DNA of 64,000 nt from Eledone cirrhosa. Its lineage: Eukaryota. Every line of letters starts with the position of its first letter. Position 1 is the stretch's first letter. This document shows, in pieces, positions 12,472 to 26,272 of this stretch. The notes beneath the pieces were generated by a model, which saw nothing but the letters and a program-made list of their open reading frames with translations, did no database searches and had not been told where the DNA came from. The stretch lies in the NCBI GenBank assembly GCA_964016885.1, contig OZ024745.1:96906001-96970000 (forward strand), in the 5' to 3' direction. The position numbers were made by a program, and so were the translations under genes.

Positions 12472-12794
12472 ATGAAGAGAATACACAGGCAAGAAAAGAA
12501 TATACAGGCTACTATATGAAGTAGTAATGGCATTCAGTTAGAACAATAACAACAATTACAACAATGCTATTAATAAATTATTTGAGGAGACCCTGACATT
12601 ACTTAGGTGGGGGGTATAGTGTATCTAAGATTACGGCGTGTAAAACTAGCTGTCATGAGGCAAAAGTAAGAGTTTGGCATGTACAGAGTATCGAATACAG
12701 ATATACAATACAACAGGAGGAACATAATAGCACCACTGACGGTGTTGCAGCTGTGCAAGGAAATAACTTTATTAGACTATATATATGTGTTTAT

Positions 12795-12978
12795 ATTTAT
12801 ATTGTATCTGTATTTTTGACCGTTGGTCAGTCAGTGGTAAACATTGAGGACCGAATGAATTAACTGTGGAGATATAAAAGATTCAGAAGCGAAAACCAAC
12901 CAAACAGTGAGTGTGTTCTGTTATTAATTCTGGCAATATTATTACAACAATATGACCATCCCCAAGTATAACAATATA
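12795..12978. repeat. Dispersed ~180-bp TA-flanked repeat (also 19695-19872 and inverted at 63525-63678), probably a PLE terminal fragment
   Basis: Shared string gaccgttggtcagtca...cagaagcgaaaac...caaacagtgagtgtgttctgttatta...cccaagtataacaa. Confidence 0.75.
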
Positions 12979-13413
12979 TATATAAGGGGGTGACAATGCT
13001 TGTGTGTGAGTGTGTGTGCATCTGTTTGTGTGCGTGTGTGCTAGTGTTTAAGCTTGCTGACTATGTCCCGTAACATACCATAGATATTCGATTAAGAAAA
13101 ATCAACAAATCATTTTCAGACTTTAAAAAAATACATACTGGTGTCGATATGATCGACTAAATCCGTTCCAAGTGGTGCTCCAGCATGGCCGGGGTCTAAT
13201 GGCTGAAAACTAACAGGAGTGTTTCTACTTCATACAGTGCTAAAATATACCTATGAAAACTATTGACGGAACTTGTGTAGACGGATATTCAGAGTTAAAT
13301 GTTTCTGCTTTGGTGACGTTGATAATAATCGAACATCAATCGATATGTCTGTACTTTATCGATGTGAATGACTTATTCGACTTTTGCCTTATTTGAAATG
13401 TCAGGATAAATTG

Positions 13414-13725
13414 TGGAAGACGCATGGCTTAGTGGTTAGGATGTTCGGCACATGATTGTATGATCGTAATTTCGATTCTCAGCAGTGGGTTGTCTCCTTA
13501 AACAAGACACTCTATTCCACCTTGTTGTAGTCCACTCAGATGGCAAAAATGAGTTGTACCTGTAATTTAAAAGGCTGACTTTGTCATACCTTGTGATAGT
13601 CTGAATCGTTAATGATTACATATGCCTGTGGAATGCTCAGCCACTTGTATGTAAATTTTATAAGCGGGTTGTTCTGTTGACCAAACAACTGAAGCACGCA
13701 TCTTCGGAACCGACGGAGATCCATC
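13414..13725 (+). mobile_element. tRNA-derived SINE, family 2 (CORE-like central part)
   Basis: A-box tggcttagtgg, degenerate B-box ttcgattc, central tccttaaacaagacact. A homolog lies inverted at 39868-40163. Confidence 0.75.
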
Positions 13726-13807
13726 ACACGAGTTAAGCCTTTATCTGTAATAAATCATTAAATTCTATCTACGAGAAATTGCTGCGGTTGTTGGGTTTTA
13801 TTTCACC

Positions 13808-16068
13808 AATAACAACATCACAACTACCACTAACAACAGACAGAACAACAACGTCACAACTATCACTACCAACATCACAAATATCACTACCAACAGACAG
13901 AACAACAACGTCACAACTATCACTACCAACATCACAAATATCACTACCAACAGACAGAACAACAACGTCACAACTATCACTACCAACATCACAAATATCA
14001 CTACCAACAGACAGAACAACAACGTCACAACTATCACTACCAACATCACAAATATCACTACCAACAGACAGAACAACAACGTCACAACTATCACTACCAA
14101 CATCACAAATATCACTACCAACAGACAGAACAACAACGTCACAACTATCACTACCAACATCACAAATATCACTACCAACAGACAGAACAACAACGTCACA
14201 ACTATCACTACCAACATCACAAATATCACTACCAACAGACAGAACAACAACGTCACAACTATCACTACCAACATCACAAATATCACTACCAACAGACAGA
14301 ACAACAACGTCACAACTATCACTACCAACATCACAAATATCACTACCAACAGACAGAACAACAACGTCACAACTATCACTACCAACATCACAAATATCAC
14401 TACCAACAGACAGAACAACAACGTCACAACTATCACTACCAACATCACAAATATCACTAACAACAGACAGAACAACAACGTCACAACTATCACTACCAAC
14501 ATCACAAATATCACTACCAATAGACAGAACAACAACGTCACAACTATCACTACCAACATCACAAATATCACTACCAACAGACAGAACAACAACGTCACAA
14601 CTATCACTACCAACATCACAAATATCACTAACAACAGACAGAACAACAACGTCACAACTATCACTACCAACATCGCAAATATCACTAACAACAGACAGAA
14701 CAACAACGTCACAACTATCACTACCAACATGACAAATATCACTACCAATAGACAGAACAACAACGTCACAACTATCACTACCAACATCACAAATATCACT
14801 AACAACAGACAGAACAACAACGTCACAACTATCACTACCAACATGACAAATATCACTACCAACAGACAGAACAACAACGTCACAACTATCACTACCAACA
14901 TGACAAATATCACTACCAATAGACAGAACAACAACGTCACAACTATCACTACCAACAACAGCCTTACAAATAAACAAACTACATCCCAACTACCACTATC
15001 ACTACCAACAGCCAGAACATCACAACTATCACTACTAATAGACAGAGCAACAACATCACAACTAGCACTATCACTACCAATAGACAGAACAACAACATCA
15101 CAACTAGCACTATCACTACCAATAGACAGAACAACAACATCACAACTAGCACTATCACTACCACTAGCCAGAACATCACAACTATCACTACCAATAGACA
15201 GAACAACAACATCACAACTAGCACTATCACTACCAATAGCCAGAACATCACAACTATCACTACCAATAGACAAAACAACAACCTCACAACTAGCACTATC
15301 ACTACCAACAGCCAGAACATCACAACTATCACTACCAATAGACAGAACAACAACATCACAACTATCACTACCAATAGACAGAACAACAACATCATAACTA
15401 GCACTATCACTACCAACAGCAAGAACATCACAACTATCACTACCAATAGACAGAACAACAACATCATAACTAGCACTATCACTACCAACAGCCAGAACAT
15501 CACAACTATCACTACCAATAGACAGAACAACAACATCACAACTATCACTACCAATAGACAGAACAACAACATCATAACTAGCACTATCACTACCAACAGC
15601 CAGAACATCACAACTATCACTACCAATAGACAGAACAACAACATCACAACTATCACTACCAATAGACAGAACAACAACATCATAACTAGCACTATCACTA
15701 CCAACAGCAAGAACATCACAACTATCACTACCAATAGACAAAACAACAACCTCACAATCGCCACTATCAATAAACAAAGCAACAACATCACAACTATCAC
15801 TACCAATAGACAAAACAACAACCTCACAATCGCCACTATCAATAAACAAAGCAACAACATCACAACTATCACTACCAATAGACAAAACAACAACCTCACA
15901 ATCGCCACTATCAATAAACAAAGCAACAACATCACAACTATCACTATCACTATCACTACCAACAGACAGAACATCACAACTAACATTGCCAACATCACAA
16001 CTACCACTATCACTATATCACTATCAACATCCAGAACATCACAGCTATAACTACCAATAGACAGAACA
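13808..16068. repeat. C/A-rich minisatellite: ~20 copies of a 57-bp unit, then shorter variant units
   Basis: Unit acagacagaacaacaacgtcacaactatcactaccaacatcacaaatatcactacca. Subunit composition switches near 14960. Confidence 0.95.
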
Positions 16069-16559
16069 CCTCTGGTTCTTTTATTTATCTTTCAATAGAT
16101 AACAAAATACAGAGATGGGAAAATATTTCAGATTCATTCGTATTTATAAAGACCAACATAGGTCTACCTATCAGTTGAACATATGCCTCAGGTAAGCAGT
16201 ACGAACGTGTATTGTAGTCAGTTGTCGATGATTATCAAAAATTACATTTTTTTCCAAAGTAAATATAACAAGTATGGCGCTTGCCAGGAAACACATGCAA
16301 CTAATTAAAATCTACTTTACTGTTCACATGATAATTAAGGAATTAATAAGAATTAATTAGACATTTAAGACACTGATGATAAAACTTACATCATTGCAAA
16401 TATATACATTCACATATATTTCAATACTTACACAATTAAATATATACATACACATGCAATCATTCTTACACTAACAATATATATATATGAGAGGAACAAA
16501 TCTATAAATAGCACATATGTTTATGTATGTGTATGTGTATATGTATATAAATGTATGTA

Positions 16560-17325
16560 TGTATGTATGTTTCTATGTTTGTATGTATGTATGTTCTGCT
16601 GACTTTATAATTTCACAATTTTTTGCCAATAGAGAGAGAGTCGGTTTCTAACATAGACACAAGACTCTCTCATTGGAATTTATACATCATCAACTATGTA
16701 GATATGTCTGCATGTCTGCATGCATGTGTGTGTGTGTGTGTGTGCAGGTGTGGATGTTATTGTATGTGTAGATGTGCATATGTTTTGTATCTGTACAAGT
16801 GTATATGCAGATATTCGATGCAGAATGTTTGGAATGTTTTACATATATATATTTATGTATGTATGTTCTTCTGGCTTTATAATTTCACAAATTTTTGCCA
16901 ATAGAGAGTCGGTTTCTAACATAGACACAAGACTCTCATTGGAATGTACACAACATCAATTAGGTAGATATGCCTGCATGTCTGCATACCTGCATGCATG
17001 CATGTGTGTGCAGGTATGAATGTTATAGTATGTGTGGATATGTATGTTTTGAGTTGTATGTGTGCATGTGTATATGCTTTGTATCTGTACATGTGTATAT
17101 GCAGTTATTAAATGCAGGATTTTTAAAATGTTTTACATATTTTTACTGTTGCATTAATGGATTGTACTTGTAATTTCCTAACTAGTTGTGTTCTTTCTGT
17201 TCCTGTGAAGCCCAGCGTCTCAAGATTTGTACTGAGACAATTACTAACATATCCCAGTGCCTCAATAATCACAGGTATAAATCTGAAGGTACAGTCAAGG
17301 TGGAATATGTGGAGATTTATCATTA
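16560..17325 (-). mobile_element. 3' end of an RLE-type (R4/Dong-like) LINE with a duplicated 3' UTR and (CATA)n tail
   Basis: 17123-17315 translates FIPVIIEALGYV...LETLGF...LQVQSINATVKI, resembling R4-clade C-termini. Segment 16585-16860 is duplicated at 16855-17125. Confidence 0.6.
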
Positions 17326-18194
17326 GTTCTGCATATGTATGTATGTATGTATGCATGTACGTACTTATGTAGGTATGTATGTATGTATGTATGCATGTAC
17401 GTACGTATGTAGGTATGTCAGGTCACCAGTTGGTGCTACTGGTAACATGTATCCCAGTACAACCTGTCCCCTGGTCGGGTCGTTGGCGACTAAACTGGCA
17501 ACCCCACCAAGGTTTCTTGGTGAGGAGGGTGACTTTGGACATCCTGCAGGACTAAAAACAAAACCTGTCAAAGGGCAAAGGAGCTCTTAAGAGTCAATGG
17601 CCATCCAAAATCACCGGGAGAGATGACCCCTTAGCCTTTGTCAAGGCAGAATTCTAGGAGATGGAAAACTCTGATATAACACCTGCAACTCTGATGGTAT
17701 CCAATGATGTTGACTTGTTCTTCTTTTTGGTAAATATCATCTTGGTTAAGAGAGTGTGACTGGCTTTGTGCAGTACCTTTGCTCACTATAAAAGCTTCCC
17801 GGCACATGCATTGCTTTATATCTGGAGATCGCTCTGCACTTGTTGTCACATGGTACTATGGGCCCAGCACTGTGTCAATAATTGTCACAAGTGTAGTGTT
17901 TGTACCAGAATGCATCGGTAGGGGTTCTCCTACATGGATATAAAGTGGTGGCCGTACTCGAAAACGAGTTGGCAGCCACCATGTAGGTATGTATGTATGC
18001 ATGTACGTACGTATGTATTCATGTATATGTGTGTGTATGTATATCACACTGATATTAGAACAAAAACCTTCAACATCAATATATGCAAAAGCAAAAATAT
18101 ATTCTACGTGAATATATATACATACACATAGACATTTTTTAACACATACACATACACACACACACTCATATATATTTATGTGTGTGTGCGTTTT

Positions 18195-18251
<57 letters not shown>

Positions 18252-18842
18252 TCAAAAGCTTTAGGACACACGTACATGATATATTTATGTATCTTAATAT
18301 ATGCATCTTTATTCATTCATGTATACACATATAAACACAGCTTTCATTATAAATGTGTAAAGAACTATACACATACATCAATATTAGTGAATACATACAC
18401 GTACATACATTTCAACGAAAGAATGCATTTATCTTATTGTTTTATATATCTTCTTGCGCTAACACGCTATCTTAAATATATTTAAATATATTGTTGTGCT
18501 AACACGCTATCTTAAATATTTGGGATACTAGGATTTGTTGAAAAGCATTTAGATTTTCAATCAACTGAACATCAGACTTATTAAATTAGAGTGCAATTGA
18601 CTTATTATTCTGCAAACACGTATTACCTTAATGTATTCTCCAATTCAAATCAATATGTGGCACCACTTGATATCTGAATTACGGGCTTCCACACAGTTTC
18701 TGTATACTCAATTTAACTCACAAAGTTTGGAATGTACTGAGGATATAGCAAAATATATTCGCCCCTGATGCAACGTAGTTGGATTGAAACTAAGACCTAA
18801 TGATTGTGTAATGAACTTAACAAAAAAGCAATGCCTGTTACT

Positions 18843-19030
18843 GGGTTGGCAGTATCGGTAGAGAGTCGGACGCTCTGCTTTGCGGCATAAAGTTACAGCC
18901 CTTTACGATCTGAGTTCAAATCCCGCCAAGGTTAACTTTGCCTTTCATCCTTACGGGGTCGATAAAATAAAGTACCAGTAATGCACTGGGATAATTGTTG
19001 GCCTTGTGGCCAAAAGTAGAAACAATTATA
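18843..19030 (+). mobile_element. tRNA-derived SINE, family 1
   Basis: A-box tggcagtatcgg, B-box gagttcaaatcc, conserved gcctttcatccttacggggtcgataaaataaagtaccag. Confidence 0.9.
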
Positions 19031-19611
19031 TTGATGAAATTGTTTAGTGACCTGGTTATGTACATGGTGACATTATTGAATGATATTTTTGCATGGCGTG
19101 GAGGAGGCAAATAACGAAATGGGTGATGAAAACCACTAATTCCTCATGAACTGAAAAACTTTTATTAATGATGGTATTTAACCAGTGGTGAGCTTAACAT
19201 AAATAGACCTATGGTGAAAGCTTTCCAACCATGAACATCCATCGATTTGTATACGAGGTACTTCACTCTCTACTCCCTTCTTTTTTTGCAAGTGATAGGA
19301 AGTAATTTGGTTGCGATTTGGATGATATTTGTAGTATTTCAAGTGACCACGTAGGGACTACTCCATATATTAATTCTAATTTCAGTTAATTAGATAATAA
19401 TATTCTTTATATGATGTATTTTGGGCTAGTTTTCCGTTTGTTGTGTTTAGTCGTTGAGAAGTGTGGTGTAAGAAAAACTTAAATATAATTTATTATCTCT
19501 CTGATACAGTATTGACAAGGATCTCGATTGAGAAGTCTTTGGTAAGAAGGGAGTTTCCAACTGGGGAATTAATTGTTGTGTTCTTTTAGTTGGTTTAGGG
19601 TTGTTGTTATA

Positions 19612-19650
<39 letters not shown>

Positions 19651-19899
19651 GATGTGTGGCGAAAGAAATTTGATAGACTATATATATAAATATGTATATG
19701 TTGATATCTGTATTTTTAACCGTTGGTCAATCAATGATAAATATTCAATGCCAGATAAATTGTAGATATAAAATATACAGAAGCGAAAACAACTCAAACC
19801 AAACAGTGAGTGTGTTCTGTTATTATTTCTTGCAATATTATAACAATATGACCCTTCCCAAATATAACAATATATATATATATATATATAAAAATATAA

Positions 19900-20198
19900 A
19901 AGGACGATTTGTATGTCTTCATTACGTTTATTTAGTGACGCGCGTTTCGCTATTGATTCTCTCATTACAACACCAGATATCCGAGGAGCTTTTGATTCCA
20001 GAGTCGTGCCAGATCGATACAGATCGAACCGTGAACTGATCAATAGCGGAACGAGCGTCACCAATCAACAAACATAATGAAGACATAACAAATCGTCCTT
20101 GTATTATTATATTTACACTCTGTTTAGTTCTACACCTCTTTACAGACGTGAATCTATACATCGAATGCTCACCTGGGTGAACCTACAGTAACAGCACG

Positions 20199-20200
<2 letters not shown>
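19900..20200 (+). mobile_element. Fold-back pLTR mini-element with a decayed CCGAGGA-core hammerhead (19975-20066)
   Basis: Inverted arms 19900-19957 and 20038-20100. Reads CCGAGGA-GCUUUUGAU...AUCAAUAGC-GGAA-CGAGCG-UC; the inverted arm keeps GAAA-CGCGCG-UC. Confidence 0.65.
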
Positions 20201-20259
<59 letters not shown>

Positions 20260-20518
20260 GTATTAAGGATACTATTTATGGTTATGTATGTAATAAAACC
20301 TTTTATGGTAATATATTTATTTATACAACCCTAAATAGTGAAAGATAGTCATTAATTACTATCCTATTACCAGTAAGATAAATAGCTCAATGTAATAACA
20401 TCAGTTGTTTTACAGAGCTCGGTTTGGAGGAAACAATTGTAAGCAAATAAATGACTTAAACTGAACTTTGATTATTGTAATCCCTCTCTCTCTCTATATA
20501 TATATATTTATATATATA

Positions 20519-20702
20519 GTAATAATTGTTTCTACTTTTGGCACAAGGCCAGCAATTACCCAGTACATTACTGGTACTTATTTTATCGAGCCCGTAAGGA
20601 TGAATGGCAAAGTTAACCTCGGCGAGATTTGAACTCACAATGGCAAGGGCCGTAACTCTATGGTCAAAGCATGGCATCCAGCCCTCTACCGATACTGCCA
20701 AA
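20519..20702 (-). mobile_element. tRNA-derived SINE, family 1
   Basis: Reverse complement of the family-1 sequence. Confidence 0.88.
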
Positions 20703-20880
20703 TACGACACCCCGTAAAGGGGTGCCGTATTATTTACGAGTGAACCCCTGTATTAGGTGGATCACTTCTTCTAAACTTTTATCAAATTTAAAACTTGAAT
20801 AAAATGTTTAGAACAGTTGAAAACGAGGTAAAATGTTGAAAAGAACTGGAGGCGATAAGAAGCGTGACTTCACCAACAAC

Positions 20881-20927
<47 letters not shown>

Positions 20928-21169
20928 TTTCTTTATTAACCACAAGGGTTTACATAAAGTAGACATTAAGGACAGTACAGGACAATACAGGACGGTACAA
21001 ATGGGCATGTCTGCGTGTAAAAGAAAACAGAGGATGTAATAAAAAATAACAATGAAAAATTCCCCAATAGGGGGGAGTCTTCCGAGGGACATTTGTGGAG
21101 AAAGCCCATTAAAAGGCCACAGTAACCCTGACCACCAGGGCAAGTGCCCTCTCCCAGTTTTCCACCTTT

Positions 21170-24100
21170 AATTTACAGACACATACTCAGAGTAGGCCCA
21201 TTCACTCGGGCCATACTTGCTTCTCTCACCCATCTTTCAACAAAATGCTGGGAAGAGAGCACTTACCTCTCTACCCTGATTTTCCTTTTCAAATGAAATT
21301 TGAAAAAGTTAATCAGGGCATCACCGAAGAGGTAAGTGCTCGTCTTCAGCCCTTTCAAACGTGTCCACCATACTATCTATTTCACCATGGCCACCAAACA
21401 GATAAAAACTGCCTGCCCTTCCCGGCTAAAGGAAGAGGGCGGGGCAATCCTCACGATGGACTCAGCTGATAGCAGGTGTTCGACATAAACCACAAGTCAG
21501 CAATGCTCGGACACTGGACGAGTGCGTGCAGGACGGTTTCGTCGCCCTGCGCGCATCTCGGACATGCCTGGCTGACGGCACCTCCATGCCGGTAGAGTTT
21601 ATCCCGAACTGGCAAAGCTCCTCGGTAGCACTGCCAGGCCAGGGATCTCTGGAAGTTGTCCATAGGCCTCGGCCCGAAAGTCCTTCCGAAGAGATTGGCT
21701 AGTTGATTTTCGTCGACGCCTAGAATTTCTCCGAGTACGTCGTCGCTCTTCCCCTCCACTAATCCTCTATAGAACGCCAAGGTGGAGTTTCCACCGATCA
21801 CATTGCCCGATTGGTCGAGGGCTGTGAGCACCTGAAGACATTCCAGTCTACAAGTGCTCCCTCTCGGTCTTCGCTTGACCCAGGCCTGCAGCTCCGTCAA
21901 GGAGACGAGCTGGAGAAAGACGTGTCTAGCAAACGGCGACCACACCTGATCACCGTCGAGGAAGAGGTGGAGATGTCGTAGCCTGAGCGCGTGTCTACGC
22001 ATCATCAGCCACGGCATGCCCAGCCCTCCACCTAGCGGGTGTGAACAGCAGATGGACCGCCTGACCATCGGAGCACGTCCCTTCCACAAAAAGCGAAAGA
22101 GCAAACGCTCCAGCGCAGTCGGGCGATAGTAGATGACGGATGCGATGTACGCATTCGCCACCTCCGCTCGACCTTTCAGGGATAGCTTCCTCTCCGCCCA
22201 TTTCTGGGTGAGAGAAGCCACCCTGCTCGTCACCTCGTCCCAGTTTTTGTCCGTCTGGAGGTCCGGACCGAACCAGATCCCTACCAATTTAACCGGTCCG
22301 TCCAGCGCCCGACGACGCTGTTGGACGGCATGGACCTGCCTCTCCAGGTACCGAGCTGCAGGTCCATTGACTTTTCCTGGTTGATCATTGCTCCTGTCAC
22401 CGCTTCGTATTCTCTTAGTGTAGTGCCGATCGCCTCGATGTGTTTGGCGTTCGACACCACTACGGTGACATCGTCCGCATATGCTGACACAGATCTTCCG
22501 CATCCTAGTTCGCGCGGGACCCCCCCCCCCCTCAACGTCTCCAGTTTGTGCAGTAATGGCTCGAGAGTCATTACGTACAAGAGGGACGAGAGGGGACATG
22601 CTTGGCGGACCGAGCGCATGATGTTGAACGGTTCCGAAAGGTGACCGTTCACTCTCACCACAGAGCAGATGTCGCTGTGCATGGCAGCGATCCAACCTCT
22701 GAAGACGGGTCCAAAGCCAGCCGCCCTCAGGACTGCCGCTAGGTAACGATGGTCGACCCTATCTAAAGCTTTCGACTGATCTAAATTGATCAAGGACCCA
22801 CCCGTGCCAGGTTCCTTAGCTACACTCTTTACGATGTATCGCATAAGGTGGAGGTTGTCGTGGATGGATCTGTCGGGAATGGCGCACGTCTGCGGCTCTC
22901 CCACCAGACCACCAACGACAAGCGTCAACCTCTTTGCTAGCACCTTGGCCAAAATCTTGAACTCTGTGTTTAGCAGAATTATGGGTCTGAAATTATCTAT
23001 GTTATCCCCCTTGTTCGGATCCTTTCTCAGCAGCGCCACAGCACCTCGGCTCACAGAGCTGGGAATTCTCCCGTTCTGTTGCCAGTTGCAGTAGACGTCC
23101 GCCAAGAGGCCTCCGAGCAAGTCTGGCATCTGTACGTAAAGTTCATAGGGCAGACCATCCAAACCAGGCGATTTACCCCTTGTGCAGCCAGTCATTGCCT
23201 CCCGTACTTCAGCGGCTGTTATCGGCTTTTCGCAACACTCCGCCTCAGTGACCGAGAGCCGCGGCAGTCCGTCGAGGTAGACACTAAAGTCCATCCCTCG
23301 ATTCGGCCCGCCGCTGCCCCCGAACAGCTGAGCGAAGTGTCGCTGAAAAGCTTCACACATTTGCCCGGGATCGAGTAGCATGCGCCCGTCGTGGTCCACC
23401 AATGACCGGATCGTGGTTTGTTGCCACGACGCGCCTCCGCCACTCGGGCCCATTGAACGGCTTTCGTCCCCTCGTGTCTGAGAGCACGCACCCTAGCTCT
23501 GACAACGCAGACTTCGTGCTTTGCATTGAAGAATTGGTCAAGGGCCAATTTCGCCGCAAGTACGTCGGTCGCGATGTCTTTGCTAAGCGCCTCGTCTAAT
23601 TTTCTAACTAATTCCCCTCTGCTCTATTTTTCTCTATTGCTAAAGCCTTACTAAACCTAATGGACTCTATTCTAATTTTTCTTTTCAGAGCAAACCACCA
23701 CTTGTTGTTGACGATGGCCCCCGTCAACGCCCGCTTAACTAGTTCGCTAATCCGGTCTCTGTAGGCCTTGAGCGCTGGTAAGGACGCGTTTAACTTCCAG
23801 TAGCCGGGTCCTCGTCTATGAAGCCTATCTAAGTCAAGCACACAGATCACGAATTTGTGGTCCGTGTAGGTGACTACTTGAATTGTGGACAGTCTATGGT
23901 AGACCTATCTATTTCCCTACAAAATACTCTATCTAGATATGATCTGGATGACCCTATGCGAATTGTACAAGTCCACATTGGCACATTCGGGAAATCCAAT
24001 CGGTACCTGTCAGACAGTTCAAAACGCCTGAGCAGGTTCGTGAGGCTCTTGTACCCTCCTCCCCTATCCGCTAATCCCACACAGTCCCAGCGTGCATCTA

Positions 24101-24542
24101 AGATCCCGTTCCAGTCGCCCACTAACACTAAAGAGCGGGACGTTCCAAGAAAGGTCTCCAGACGCCGGAAGAAATCAGGCCGCCCTGCTCCTGTTGGGGC
24201 ATAGACGGCCACTAGCCTGAAAGCTTTCCCGTCTCCGCTGGTCACGTCCAGCACCACCAACTTACCTTCTGGGTCCAGGAAGATGTTCCGTATGGCGAGA
24301 TCCAAACCTCTCCGAAAAAGCACAGCAACTCCCCCCCCCCCCCCCGATCCAGGACTGTTGGGAGATGCGTACACATCGTAGACGCCGAAGATCGGTGCGA
24401 AGGCCCGTGCTTCGGAGATTCTGGTCTCGCTGATGGCCACTACATCTATGTTTAGTGACCCAAGGTTGTTGAGCAGGTGGCCCTGCTTCCATGACGACCC
24501 CAAGCCACGCGCATTTATGCTGCCTATTCTGAGTGAGGTCAT
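21170..24542 (-). pseudogene. Copy A ORF2 (APE endonuclease, RT, C-terminal Cys/His motif), frameshifted
   Basis: GSINARG, AISET, VYAP, GDWN, YLDR; GYWKLN; KSPGLDG, NFRPI, LDQSKALD, YADD; CPRC...ETVLHAL.QC. Confidence 0.92.
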
Positions 24543-24574
24543 GTTGAAATGGAGTGGAAAAGAAGGGAAAGATC

Positions 24575-26240
24575 ACTTACCTTACTTTTCGTAGATGAAG
24601 GATGGTTTCTCCATCCCTTTTCACTTGATCGTCTGGTGAAGGGACCGTTGAATCGTCCCTTTGGCTGGTCGTCGTCTCTTTTATGGTATGTCCGAATATA
24701 CTCTCCGGTTGAGAGTCCCTCCTAGGTCTCTGAAATCACCAACTGCGTTGGGGAATTTCGTTTTAATTTTTGTGTATTGTTTCTGTGCTGTTCTTACCAG
24801 TCTTATGTTCGTTCGTGTTTTGATTGGTGCTGGTATTATGTAGTCGTGCTGTGAAATGTCTGTGTGTTCAATTATGTAAGTCATTAGTTTCTTGTTGTGT
24901 GTATTTATTGCTGTGCATTTCTTTTTCTGGGGGTGGGGTGTGGTTCTGCTATTTTCTTGTCGTTGTTGCTGGGTGTGTGTCTTTTGTTGTTGTTTTTGCG
25001 ATGTTGGTGCTTGTGGTGGTGGTGTTGAAGGTGTTGTTGTTGTTGGCGGTGGAGTTGTCGCCGGTGGTGATGGTGGTGCTAGTGTGGGTGGTGATGGTGT
25101 TGGTGGTGTTGCTGCTGTGAGTCTCTTTGCAGTAGCCTTTACCCTTTTTTCATTTCTTTCCTCCCTTTTCGAAGGCGACGATGCACTGCTTCTGCATTTG
25201 TGCCTTCTTGCGACCTTTTGCCATCCCTCTCCCACCTCACACTCCATGTCCGATTCTGTGAGGTCGGGGAGGGGTACCAGCTCCACTCTTTCACTTGTTG
25301 TTGTTGGTGATGTCTGCAGCTGCAGTTGGTATTGCTGTTGTTGTTAATACTTCAACTGCTGCTGCTGTTCTTGATTTCCGTGGCGTGGGTATGGGTGCCA
25401 CGGACCTATCCTTCCTGCTTCCCGCCTGTTCTGTTGCTGGTAGCAGTGGAGCCGGTTTCGGGAGGAGGGGGTTTTCTCCTTTCTCAGGGTCTTCTCATTG
25501 CAGAAGGCCCTGAGGTGAGTCTTCGATCCACAGCGAAAGCATTTCGGGCGTTTGCCCTCAACACTTATGGGCAGTTGAGTGCCGTTATCGAAGTCTATCA
25601 CATCCCGGATAGCCTCGATGCACTCCTGGTTGGTTTGGATTAACATCTCAATGGAGGCGCCGACCCAATCTTCTCGTACTTTTTTCTGTACTTGCAGTAC
25701 AGTTGTTTTGTCCTCGATTCCGACGAGGACAGACGCGGCCAGCCAAGAAGGGGCCATGCCGGGGGGGGGGGTCAGTTTGACCCTCACGATTTTTTGTCCG
25801 CAGTAGGAGGGCAGCAACACCATTTCCTCGCTCCTTAGGGTCACTAAGGATTGAGCCTTTGCCTCCTGGGGTGTGGGAAAAAGCACGTCCACGGTGGCAT
25901 ATTTCTTGCCTAGGGTGATATGCGTTTTCCGCTGCCACACAGACCCTATGGATTTTTGTATTTGAGCCTCTGTGGCTCTTTCAACCCTACGTGATTTTGT
26001 GCTTACTGTACGGTACGTGACCGTACAGTGCTGTTGGGTTTCGAAAAATCTTTCGGCTGCCTTGCAGATTGCTCGGTGTCCGGTTTTCGTCACCATCTTC
26101 TTTGCTTCCTGTAATTGCTCATTTGTTAAACGAGCTTGGTTTTTCTTTGTTGTTGTTGTTGTTGTCGTCAGAGCTGCTGTTACTTTTGTTGTTGCTGCTG
26201 GTACTACGATCGCCGCCTCCGCTGTTGCTGTGGTTGTTGT

Positions 26241-26272
<32 letters not shown>

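Larger units (their letters stand above)
8729..12695 (-). mobile_element. Penelope-like element 1 (Naiad-like), partial tandem with direct pseudo-LTRs at 8729-9117 and 12301-12695
   Basis: Near-identical ~390-bp direct repeats flank an RT plus GIY-YIG coding region. The 3' end abuts (TA)n. Confidence 0.92.

Noticed and set aside
12730-12778. Hammerhead-like CUGACGG-uguugca/ugcaag-GAAA (relative with CUGAUGA on the minus strand near 63685-63702)
   Set aside because: Core mutated or truncated and no stem I partner; at most a remnant.
13836-14958. CRISPR-like periodicity (also the 129-bp array)
   Set aside because: No unique spacers, no cas genes, eukaryotic context.
16099-16190. Exon-like segment with strong acceptor and CAG|GTAAGC donor
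   Set aside because: Stops in all three frames; could only be a terminal or non-coding exon, and nothing else supports it.
17945-17981. HDV-like ribozyme at the end of the (CATA)n-bounded insert
   Set aside because: Only a simple hairpin is visible; the nested double pseudoknot could not be built.
18843-18930. tRNA gene calls at A/B-box sites
   Set aside because: No cloverleaf; each continues into a SINE body.
24572-24584. Perfect AG|GTAAGT donor just upstream of ORF2 in both Tx1 copies (also ~30620)
   Set aside because: Overlaps the likely ORF1 stop; no evidence of splicing.
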